DNA from: an uncultured Alphaproteobacteria bacterium
GTDB lineage: Bacteria > Pseudomonadota > Alphaproteobacteria > Rhizobiales > Xanthobacteraceae
Direction: 5' to 3'
DNA: 64,000 bases
Assembly (NCBI GenBank): GCA_963810255.1
Contig: CAWEMT010000003.1
Coordinates: 784,958 to 848,957, forward strand
The notes below the pieces were generated by a model. That model saw only the letters and a program-made list of their open reading frames with translations, had not been told where the DNA came from and ran no database searches. A program made the translations under genes and the position numbers. Positions 55,759-64,000 of the stretch are shown here, one piece after another (position 1 is the stretch's first letter; each line of letters starts with the position of its first letter).

Positions 55759-57082
55759 TCACTTGGTCAGCAAATCGAGCGCCGCCGCCGGGCTCATCAT
55801 CTCGCGGCTACCATCGGCGCGCTTCTTGATCTCAACCTTGCCTTCGGCCAGCCCGCGCGGGCCGACTTGCACCTGCCAGGGGATGCCGATCAGGTCGGCC
55901 GTGGCGAACTTGCCCCCGGCCCGCTCGTCGCGATCGTCGTAAAGGACGTCGACGCCTTTGGCGGTCAGGTCGCGGTAAAGCTGCTCGCAGGCCGCATCGG
56001 TATCGGCCGCGCCCTGTTTCAAATTGAGGATGACAACCTTGAACGGCGCCACCGGCTCCGGCCAGATGATTCCGGCGTCGTCGTGTGAGGCCTCGATGAT
56101 GGCGGCGACCAGGCGGCTCGGACCGATGCCGTAGGATCCCATGTGGACCGGGACCTCGCCGCCCTCGCCGGTCGCGACCACGGCCTTCATCGGTTCGGAA
56201 TATTTGGTGCCGAAATAGAAGATGTGCCCGACCTCGATGCCGCGCGCGGACACTTTGTTGTCGGCGGGTATTTTGTCGTAGGCGGCAGCGTCATGCATGT
56301 CGGAGGTGGCGGCGTATTGCGAGGTCCACTTGTCGACGATTTGCTGCAAGCCCGCGATGTCGTCGAAATTCACATCCGCGCCCGGCACGGCGAAATCGAG
56401 ATAGTCCTTGTGGCAGAACACTTCCGAACTCGCCGGTGGAGGCGAGGATAATGAATTCGTGGGAAAGATTGCCGCCGATCGGCCCCAACTCCGCGCGCAT
56501 CGGGATCGACTTCAGCCCCAAACGCGCAAAGGTGCGCAAGTAGGCGACGAACATCTTGTTGTAGCTGTGCTGTGCGCCTGCCTGATCGACGTCGAATGAA
56601 TAGGCGTCCTTCATGAGGAATTCGCGGCCGCGCATCAGCCCGAAACGCGGCCGCACCTCGTCGCGGAATTTCCACTGGATATGATAAAGATTGAGCGGCA
56701 GGTCCTTGTACGTGCGCACATAAGCGCGGAAGATTTCGGTGATCATCTCCTCGTTGGTCGGCCCGTACAGCATGTCGCGCTCGTGGCGGTCCTTGATGCG
56801 CAACATCTCCTTGCCATAGGCTTCGTAGCGTCCGCTCTCGCGCCACAGATCGGCCGACTGGATGGTCGGCATCAAGAGCTCGATGGCGCCGGAGCGATCC
56901 TGCTCCTCGCGCACGATGGCGCAGATCTTCTGCAAGACCCGGAAGCCGAGCGGCAGGAAGGCATAGATGCCGGCCGCCTCCTGCCGCATCATGCCGGCGC
57001 GCAGCATCAGCCGATGCGAGACGATTTCCGCCTCACGCGGCGGCTCGCGCAGGATCGGCAGGAAAAAACGGGAAAGGCGCAT
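55759..57082 (-). pseudogene. proS: proline--tRNA ligase (short alphaproteobacterial type) split by a +1 frameshift
   Basis: The start at 57082 ([30 protein letters not shown]). The N-terminal frame ends ...FIILASTGE and the C-terminal ORF continues [12 protein letters not shown].... On the coding strand this reads ggc gag [t] tcg gaa, with the surplus nt at about 56427-56428. Removing it gives 440 aa. Confidence 0.88.
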
Positions 57083-57493
57083 AGGATTCGCCGGATTCGG
57101 AACCGGCCACGAGTGAAAGCGGATATGGCTGGAAAACACAAGGCATGGACTTCGGCCCCGCGGGTCCGCCGCAGCGGCCGAACAGGGCTCTCATTGGCGA
57201 CATCGTAAGAGCCAGTCGGCGCTAACCGGGCGCCGGTTTTGTTCCACATCTCCGCTAACGCGACACCCGTATGGCGCGATTTTTACATGAATTCCCGCCC
57301 GGGCACCTATGGCGATGAATACCGCTCTGCACAACTGCCTATGTTTGCGCCAACTGCGGCGCGTGCCGCGCGGCAGGGCAGTTTCGCTTGATGTTCCCGC
57401 AACGCAAAAAAGCGCACACGCGCATAATCAATTATGTTCGCCGATGGGACGAAATGTGATGACAGCCCACCGGCAATGGGCTAGTTTGATTAT

Positions 57494-57684
57494 ACCGTGT
57501 TGATGGAGATTCCGGCGGGAAGACCGGGTCCAGCGTGCGGTCCAAGTCTTGGGAGGAAAGTGAGTCCTTGGCGCGGAGTTCGCCGCCGCCTCGATCAAAC
57601 GACAAGAGCAACAGATCGAGGATAAGGACATCGACGTGCGACCGAGCAGGGCAAACGTGCCCTGCTCTTTTTTTTGTGTTTTTT
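57494..57684 (+). ncRNA. candidate small RNA or orphan transcript ending at a strong intrinsic terminator
   Basis: No credible ORF. A possible promoter is aTGACA-N17-TAGTTT (57459-57487). A terminator lies at 57644-57684. The 5' end is a guess and no family is recognised. Confidence 0.3.
57644..57684 (+). terminator. rho-independent terminator
   Basis: gagcagggca-aacg-tgccctgctc (10-bp GC-rich stem) followed by TTTTTTTTGTGTTTTTT on the plus strand. The minus strand has no U-tract after the stem. Confidence 0.8.
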
Positions 57685-57701
57685 CAGGTTGCCGTGCCGC
57701 T

Positions 57702-57974
57702 TTAGCGATGCGGCGGATTGGAAATCTCTTTCAGAAAATCGAGCGGCAGAAGATCGAAGCTGTAGAGGCCGTACAGCAAAGCAAATGCCGCAGTCGCGAT
57801 CACGGTCGTCCACATAAGCTTGCGCCAGACGAGATGCGTTGCCGGCGCGCCCGGATCGGTACCCGGTGTCACCTCGCCGCTTTCTGCCTGGCTGCGCACG
57901 CCCAGCGGCAGCACGGCGAACAGCACCACCCACCAGATGATGAAATAGATGGCGAGGAAGGTGGTGATCGACAT
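57702..57974 (-). CDS. DUF1467-family small membrane protein
   Basis: 90 aa. MSITTFLAIYFIIWWVVLFAVLPLGVRSQ... resembles DUF1467, and it is adjacent to mce as in related genomes. Confidence 0.7.
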   Translation of the reverse strand: MSITTFLAIYFIIWWVVLFAVLPLGVRSQAESGEVTPGTDPGAPATHLVWRKLMWTTVIATAAFALLYGLYSFDLLPLDFLKEISNPPHR

Positions 57975-57980
57975 AACGGA

Positions 57981-58385
57981 CTAGGCCTGTTCCAATTCGA
58001 CCAAAGTGCCGCAGAAATCTTTCGGATGCAGGAACAGAACCGGCTTGCCGTGGGCGCCGATTTTCGGTTCGCCGTCGCCGAGCACACGCGCGCCCTGGGA
58101 CTTCAGCTGCTCGCGCGCGGCGCGGATGTCGGGCACTTCGTAGCAAACGTGATGGATGCCCCCGTCCGGATTTTTGTCGAGGAATGTCGCGATCGGGGAG
58201 TTCTCGCCGAGCGGCTCCAGCAATTCGATCTTGGTATTGGGCAGCGTAATGAACACGGTGGAGACGCCGTGGGCGGGTTGCGGCACTTTTGCCGAAACCG
58301 CGGCGCCGAGGGTGTCACGGTAAACCGCGGACGCTTTGGCGACATCGCGCACGGCGATGGCGACATGATTGAGACGGCCGATCAT
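57981..58385 (-). CDS. mce: methylmalonyl-CoA epimerase
   Basis: The start at 58385 (MIGRLNHVAIAVRDV...). It is a 134-aa VOC-fold protein with the typical epimerase motif GGIHHVCYEV. Confidence 0.85.
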   Translation of the reverse strand: MIGRLNHVAIAVRDVAKASAVYRDTLGAAVSAKVPQPAHGVSTVFITLPNTKIELLEPLGENSPIATFLDKNPDGGIHHVCYEVPDIRAAREQLKSQGARVLGDGEPKIGAHGKPVLFLHPKDFCGTLVELEQA

Positions 58386-58416
58386 TGTTGTCCTCTTATG
58401 CAAACCGGCAAAACCA

Positions 58417-60088
58417 TCATACCGCCAAGACGTGCACATGGCACATCGGCTTCTTGCCCCAGCGTTGGGCAATGGCGGCGCGCACGGCGCGGCGCACCGC
58501 TTCGGCGACCGCATCGGGGTCACTGCGGCGTTTACGCGGCATGGATTCAACGGTCTCCAGCACGGCGTCGTAGACCGCCTCATGCAGCAGACCGCCGGCG
58601 CGGTCGCGCTCGGGGATGCCGATCAGATCCAATTCGGGGTCTGCCGCCAGCACGCCCTTGTCAGTGATGGCGAGCGCGACCGACACGGCGCCGGCAAAAC
58701 TCAAGCGCCGGCGGTCGGCGACGGTGCGGGCGTCGGCCTCGACGATCAGCGCACCGTCCTTATAGAGCCGCCCGGCCGGCACCTCGTCGATGACGCGTGC
58801 ATCGGGCGCCAACTGCAGCAGGTCGCCGTTGCGGATCTGGATCACCTGCTTCACCCCGCATTTGCGCGCGAGCGCGGCATGTTCGCCAAGGTGCAGCGCT
58901 TCGCCGTGCACGGGCACCAAAATCTTAGGCCGCACCCAGCCGATCAGATCCTCCAGTTCGCCACGTCGTGGATGGCCGGAGACATGCACCAAGTGCGTGC
59001 GGTCGGTGATCACCTCGATGCCCTGGTTGATCAGCCCGTTGATCACGCGTCCGACCGGCTTCTCATTGCCCGGTATGGTGCGCGCGGAATAGATCACGCG
59101 GTCGCCGCGGGAAAACGTAACATCCGGGTGCTGGTCTTCGGAGATACGCGCGAGCGCCGCGCGCGGTTCGCCCTGGCTGCCGGTACAGAGCGCGACGACC
59201 TTATTGGGCGGCAGATAGCCGTAGGCATCGACCGGACGGGCGTCGGGCATGTCGTTCCAATAGCCGGTCTCGCGCGCGACCTGGATGATGCGATCCATGG
59301 CACGGCCGACCACGACCAATTCGCGGCCCGCCAGCCGCGCCGCTTCCGCCACCGACCGCAACCGGCCGACATTGGAGGCGAAGGTGGTCACCGCCACCCG
59401 GCCGCGCGCCGTTTTCACCAACTCGGCAATGGTCTTGGCGACGTCCGCTTCCGAAGGCGAGCGCCCCTCGCGCACCGCATTGGTGGAAATCCCCGACCAA
59501 AGCGAGGCACCCCTCTTCGCCCAGCGCGCGCAGTTTCTTTTCGTCGGTTGCATCGCCCAGGATCGGGGTCGGATCGAGCTTCCAGTCGCCGGTGTGCAGC
59601 ACGGTGCCAAGCGGCGTGCGGATGATGAGCGCATTCGCCTCGGGGATCGAATGCGTCATGGTGACGAGCTCGATGTCGAACGGCCCGGCCTGAAAACGGC
59701 CGCCGAGCGGCACCACGGTGACCGGGATTTCCGGCGCGCCCGGCTCGCTCGCGCGCTTGGCTGCCAAGAGCGCAGCTGTGAACGGGGTGGCAAAGATCGG
59801 CACTTTCAGCTGCGGCCACAGCTCCAGTACGGCGCCGAAGTGATCTTCGTGCGCATGGGTGAGCACCAGGCCTGCGAGATTTTTGCGCTCCGCCACCAGA
59901 TAGCGGATGTCGGGCAGGATCAGGTCGACGCCCGGCAGATGGTCTTCCGAGGCGAACGACACGCCGAGATCGACCGCCAGCCAGGTGCGGCGGCCTTCCG
60001 GCCCGAGGCCATAGATCGCCAAATTCATGCCGATCTCGCCGACGCCGCCGAGCGGCGCAAACACCAGTTCCTGTTGCGGTTGCGCCAT
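58417..60088 (-). pseudogene. rnj: ribonuclease J split by a +1 frameshift
   Basis: The start at 60088 (MAQPQQELVFAPLGGVGEIGMN), with the MBL motif THAHEDH. The N-terminal frame ends ...CLALVGD and the C-terminal ORF continues STNAVREGRSPSEADV.... On the coding strand this reads ggg gat [t] tcc acc, with the surplus nt in the A-run at 59487-59489. Removing it gives 556 aa. Confidence 0.88.
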
Positions 60089-60116
60089 CAGACTTGGCCC
60101 TTCTTCTCGACCGTTC

Positions 60117-60196
60117 GTCCCCGCGAAAGCGGGGACCCAGGACGACAAATCGATCGACCGCAACATGCCGCCCTGGATTCCCGTTTGCGCGGGAAT
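60117..60196. repeat. REP-like element, family C, second copy
   Basis: gtccccgcgaaagcggggac (60117-60136, identical to 11325-11344), then attcccg-tttgcg-cgggaat (60177-60196) followed by gaacgg. It lies in the birA-rnj spacer. Confidence 0.75.
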
Positions 60197-60224
60197 GAAC
60201 GGAGTGTGTGATCGCGCCGATTAC

Positions 60225-60980
60225 TCATGACACGCCGAAGCCGAAAACTTCGCCGGCGGTGACGGTTGCCAGCCCGCTCGGTTGCTCGACCAACAAGCAG
60301 CCCGCCGCGTCGAGGCCGTGAAAGCGGCCTCTCAATTCGCGTTCTGGCAGCCGCACGCGGATGGCCTCGCCGAGGCCAGCTGCGCGCTTGAGCCAGTCGG
60401 CGCGGATCGCGGCAAAGCCGTCGCCGCTCTGCCACTGTGTCAGCCGCCGCTGCATCGCCGCCGCGAGTGCGGCGAACAGCGCCTCGAGTTTGACGATCTC
60501 GCCCGCCCGCAACAGATCGGTTGCCGGGTAATCAGTGCCGGGCGGATGACTGGCGCAATTGACGCCGAAACCGATCGCCACCGCGAAGTTCGGCACGTTC
60601 TCGCCTTCAATCAGAATGCCGGCAAGTTTGTCGGGCCCCAGCAGCAGATCGTTCGGCCACTTGACCGTGAGCAACGGCCCGAGCCGCGGCGCGCATTGCG
60701 CCACCGCATCGTGCAGCGCCAGCGCCGCCACGAACGACAATTGCGGCGCCGCAGCCGGCGGCGATGGCTCGGTCAGCAGCAGCGTGGCGTAGAGATTGCC
60801 GGGACGCGAAACCCAGGTACTGCCGCGGCGCCCGCGCCCGGCGCTCTGGCTTTGCGCGGTGATCCACAACGGCCCGCGATCGCCGGCGCGTGCACGCGCC
60901 AGCGCCTCGGCATTCGTGGAGCCGAGCGTCTCGTAGGTTACGTGTCGGACCCCCGCCAGGCCCGTGGCTTCGCGGTTCAT
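60225..60980 (-). CDS. birA: biotin--[acetyl-CoA-carboxylase] ligase
   Basis: 251 aa with the motif GRGRRGSTW. There is no N-terminal HTH, so it is a group I BirA. An ATGA overlap joins it to the nuoN stop. Confidence 0.85.
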   Translation of the reverse strand: MNREATGLAGVRHVTYETLGSTNAEALARARAGDRGPLWITAQSQSAGRGRRGSTWVSRPGNLYATLLLTEPSPPAAAPQLSFVAALALHDAVAQCAPRLGPLLTVKWPNDLLLGPDKLAGILIEGENVPNFAVAIGFGVNCASHPPGTDYPATDLLRAGEIVKLEALFAALAAAMQRRLTQWQSGDGFAAIRADWLKRAAGLGEAIRVRLPERELRGRFHGLDAAGCLLVEQPSGLATVTAGEVFGFGVS

Positions 60981-62476
60981 CTAGAATAGACCGAGGCCCA
61001 TGCCACTGCCACTGCCGCTGCAGCTGTAGCTTTTAACGGAAATAGAGAATGGGCGGCAGCGCTTGCCGCGCCCAGAAGCGGTGCCGGATAGACAAAGAAC
61101 AGGATGTTGATCAGCCCGGCCACCCCAAGCACCAGGCGCAGCAGCACCGGCATGCGCTGGAAGGATGCCGCCGGCTCGTCGAAATACATGAGTTTCACGA
61201 TCGCCAGATAGTAATAGGCGCCGATCACGCTGGTGAGCACGCCGATCACCGCCAGCATATAGAGCCCGGCCTTGATGGCGGCGAGGAAGACGTAGAACTT
61301 GGCGAAGAATCCGGCGAGCGGTGGAATGCCGGCCAGCGAGAACAGCAGCATGGCGAGAAAGAACGCCATGGTCGGATGGGTGCGCGAGAGCCCGGCAAGA
61401 TCGCTGATGGTCTCGACGTACTTTCCGTCGCGCCGCATCGACAGAATGCAGGCGAAGGTGCCGAGCGTCATCGCCACATAGATCGACATATAGACCAGCA
61501 CGCCTTGCACGCCCTCCGGCGTCCCGGCGGCAAGCCCGACCAGCGCGAAACCCATATGCCCGATCGAGGAATAGGCCATCAGCCGCTTGATATTGCGCTG
61601 GCCGATGGCGGCAAAGGCGCCTAGCGCCATGGAAGCGATCGAAACGAACACCACGATCTGCTGCCATTCGTGGGTGATGCCGGGAAACGCCACCACGGTC
61701 GCGCGCACGAAGATGGCAACACCCGCGACCTTGGGCGCGGCGGCAAAGAAGGCAGTCACCGGCGTCGGCGCGCCCTCATAGACGTCAGGCGTCCACATGT
61801 GGAACGGCACCGCCGAAATCTTGAAGCAGAAGCCGACAAACAAAAACACCAGACCGAAGATCAACCCGATGCTGGGGCCCTGCCCCGCCGCCTTGGCGAT
61901 GCCGGTAAAGTTCACCGTGCCGGTGAAGCCGTAGATCAGTGAGGCGCCGTAAAGCAGCATGCCGGACGACAGCGCGCCGAGTACGAAATATTTCAGCCCG
62001 GCCTCGGTCGAACGCAGATTGTCTCGGTCGGACGCCGCGATCACGTACAGCGCCAGCGACATCATCTCGAGGCCGAGATAGAGCGCGATCAGATCGGCGG
62101 CCGAAATCAGCAGCAGCATGCCCAGCGTCGACAGCAGGATCAGCGGGCCATATTCGAATTTCTGCAGATTTTGGGCGGTGAGAAAGTCGCGCGACAAAAT
62201 GAGCGCGCCGCCCGATCCGATCAGCGTCAGCACCTTGAGGAAGCGAGCGTATTCGTCAACCACAAAGCTGCCGCCGAACAGCGCGTAGCGCCCCGCCGGC
62301 AGCGTAAGCAGCAACACCGCCGCCAGTATCAGCACGCCAAGGCAGAGGCCGTTGACGACATCGCCGCTCTTTTCCCCATAGATGACGCCGAGCATCAGCA
62401 TCAACATGGCGCCGAGCGCCAGCACGATCTCCGGCAAGATCGGCAATAGCGCCGAAATATGCGTGACCTCGTTCAT
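60977..62476 (-). CDS. nuoN: NADH-quinone oxidoreductase subunit N
   Basis: 499 aa. It is a polytopic antiporter-like subunit that follows nuoM with a 4-nt overlap. Confidence 0.9.
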   Translation of the reverse strand: MNEVTHISALLPILPEIVLALGAMLMLMLGVIYGEKSGDVVNGLCLGVLILAAVLLLTLPAGRYALFGGSFVVDEYARFLKVLTLIGSGGALILSRDFLTAQNLQKFEYGPLILLSTLGMLLLISAADLIALYLGLEMMSLALYVIAASDRDNLRSTEAGLKYFVLGALSSGMLLYGASLIYGFTGTVNFTGIAKAAGQGPSIGLIFGLVFLFVGFCFKISAVPFHMWTPDVYEGAPTPVTAFFAAAPKVAGVAIFVRATVVAFPGITHEWQQIVVFVSIASMALGAFAAIGQRNIKRLMAYSSIGHMGFALVGLAAGTPEGVQGVLVYMSIYVAMTLGTFACILSMRRDGKYVETISDLAGLSRTHPTMAFFLAMLLFSLAGIPPLAGFFAKFYVFLAAIKAGLYMLAVIGVLTSVIGAYYYLAIVKLMYFDEPAASFQRMPVLLRLVLGVAGLINILFFVYPAPLLGAASAAAHSLFPLKATAAAAVAVAWASVYSR

Positions 62477-64000
62477 CGCGTGGCGCTCGTCGGAATTATC
62501 TGCGCCTGTTCCAGTTTGATTGAAATCGAGCCTGTCTTGACGGCCTCCGCCGCTTTGGCGGCCGCGACTCCGCGGTCGTATTTGTCGAGAAGCTGAGCGA
62601 CCGAGGCCGCCGACATATCGAGCACCGGCTTGGGCGCAAAGCCGAAGAGGATGGTGAGAACGACCAGCGGCGCGAAGATCAACAATTCACGCCAGCCGAT
62701 GTCCTTGATGCCTTCAAGCGCCGGCTTCAAATTGCCGAGGATCATTTTGCGGTAGAGCCACAGTGCGTAACACGCCGACAAGATGACGCCGATCGTCGCC
62801 AGGAACGCCACCCCGGTGTTGACCTTGAAGGTGCCGATCAACGACAGGAACTCGCCTACGAAGCCGGAGGTGCCGGGCAGCCCGACATTGGCCAACGTAA
62901 ACACCATGAACACCGCGGCATAAAGCGGCATGCGATTGACCAGCCCGCCATAGAAGGCGATCTCGCGGGTGTGCATGCGGTCGTAAACCACGCCGACGCA
63001 GAGGAACAGCGCGCCGGAGACGATGCCGTGCGAGATCATCTGAAAGATGCCGCCGGCCACGCCTTGAGTGGTCGCCGCAAAAATCCCCATGGTGACGAAA
63101 CCCATGTGCGCGACTGAGGAATAGGCAATCAGCTTCTTCACGTCTTCCTGCATCAGCGCCACCAGCGAGGTGTAGATGATGGCGACAACGGAGAGCGTGA
63201 AAATCAGCGGCGCGAAGTCATGGCTAGCGGCCGGGAACATCGGCAGTGAAAACCGCAAAAAGCCGTAGCCACCCATCTTCAACAAAATGGCGGCAAGGAT
63301 AACCGAGCCCGCGGTCGGCGCTTCGACATGCGCGTCCGGCAACCACGTGTGCACCGGCCACATCGGCATTTTGACCGCAAACGAAGCAAAGAACGCGAGC
63401 CAGGCCCATTTCTGCAAGCCGAGCGGAAAGCCGTGGCGTAGCAGCACCACGATATCGGTGGTGCCGGCCTCCCAGTACATCGCCATGATGGCGAGCAGCA
63501 TCAGGACGGAACCGGCGAGCGTATAGAGGAAAAACTTGAAGCTGGCGTAGACCCGGCGCTTGCCGCCCCATACGCCGATGATCAGGAACATCGGGATCAG
63601 GCCGCCTTCGAAGAACAGATAGAACAGAACCAGATCGAGTGCGGAAAAGGTGCCGATCATCAGCGTTTCCAGGATCAGAAACGCGATCATGTATTCCTTC
63701 ACGCGCTTCTGGATCGCGGTCCAGCTCGCCAGGATACAAAGCGGCATCAAGCCGGTGGTGAGGATCACAAAAGGCAGCGAAATGCCGTCGACGCCCATGT
63801 GATAATCGGCAACGCCCAACCAGGGATATTTCTCGACGAACTGGAATTCCGGCGAACTCGGATCGAACCGGCCCACCATCACCAGCGAAATCGCAAACGT
63901 CACCAGCGTCGTCCACAGCGCGACCCAGCGCGCGGTGCCGCTCGCGATGCGGTCACTGCCGCGCACCGCCATGATGAACAGCGCGCCCACCAGCGGCAGG
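62473..64000 (-). CDS. nuoM: NADH-quinone oxidoreductase subunit M, 5' end beyond the window
   Basis: The reading frame stays open to the window end (...[12 protein letters not shown]...). The track start at 63990 is only an internal GTG. Confidence 0.9.
   Translation of the reverse strand, partial: LPLVGALFIMAVRGSDRIASGTARWVALWTTLVTFAISLVMVGRFDPSSPEFQFVEKYPWLGVADYHMGVDGISLPFVILTTGLMPLCILASWTAIQKRVKEYMIAFLILETLMIGTFSALDLVLFYLFFEGGLIPMFLIIGVWGGKRRVYASFKFFLYTLAGSVLMLLAIMAMYWEAGTTDIVVLLRHGFPLGLQKWAWLAFFASFAVKMPMWPVHTWLPDAHVEAPTAGSVILAAILLKMGGYGFLRFSLPMFPAASHDFAPLIFTLSVVAIIYTSLVALMQEDVKKLIAYSSVAHMGFVTMGIFAATTQGVAGGIFQMISHGIVSGALFLCVGVVYDRMHTREIAFYGGLVNRMPLYAAVFMVFTLANVGLPGTSGFVGEFLSLIGTFKVNTGVAFLATIGVILSACYALWLYRKMILGNLKPALEGIKDIGWRELLIFAPLVVLTILFGFAPKPVLDMSAASVAQLLDKYDRGVAAAKAAEAVKTGSISIKLEQAQIIPTSATR

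Noticed and set aside
57494-57684. Considered whether the orphan transcript is the alphaproteobacterial two-piece tmRNA, 6S RNA or SRP RNA.
   Set aside because: I found no tRNA-like T-arm/ACCA end, no ANDN-type tag reading frame ending in a stop, no SRP domain IV GGAA/AGCA motif, and no long 6S-like imperfect helix. It is left as an unclassified candidate.

Overview
GC-rich (about 60-65% by eye) alphaproteobacterial core chromosome with gene order typical of Bradyrhizobiaceae/Nitrobacteraceae. I saw no rRNA, tRNA, CRISPR array, IS element, integrase or phage genes.

Gene content, left to right:
- cysK, then the pyruvate dehydrogenase cluster (lpdA, three small hypothetical genes, pdhC, pdhB, pdhA), ftsB, a hypothetical gene, eno.
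- queF, an MFS transporter, kdsA, a VOC-family protein, pyrG, secG, tpiA.
- A ppiD-like chaperone, trpEGDC, moaC, moeA, lexA, a decayed comEC.
- Divergent glnS and gltX, gltA, a FabH-like KAS III.
- The conserved envelope and translation block: lpxB-lpxI-lpxA-fabZ-lpxD-bamA-rseP-dxr-cdsA-uppS-frr-pyrH-tsf-rpsB.
- dnaE, lolD/lolC, proS, DUF1467, mce, RNase J, birA, nuoN and nuoM (cut by the window end).

The region is ordinary housekeeping DNA. I found no large novel multigene system. Points worth a second look:
1. A 32-aa hydrophobic peptide ORF, too short for the ORF track, lies upstream of dnaE. Its promoter carries phased alphaproteobacterial LexA boxes with the same layout as the lexA operator in this window.
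2. Seven single-nucleotide +1 insertions split six conserved housekeeping genes: ppiD (twice), gltA, lpxD, pyrH, proS and rnj. This most likely reflects sequence or assembly errors, although each one fits an extra sense-strand pyrimidine.
3. comEC looks truly decayed: an in-frame stop, a -1 frameshift and an apparent large internal deletion.
4. A strong orphan intrinsic terminator in the 620-bp proS/DUF1467 spacer suggests an sRNA.
5. At least four families of REP/MITE-like palindromic repeats sit in intergenic gaps. A hairpin pair also lies in frame inside the pdhC linker.

Many long ORFs in the track are antisense shadow ORFs typical of GC-rich DNA and were rejected.
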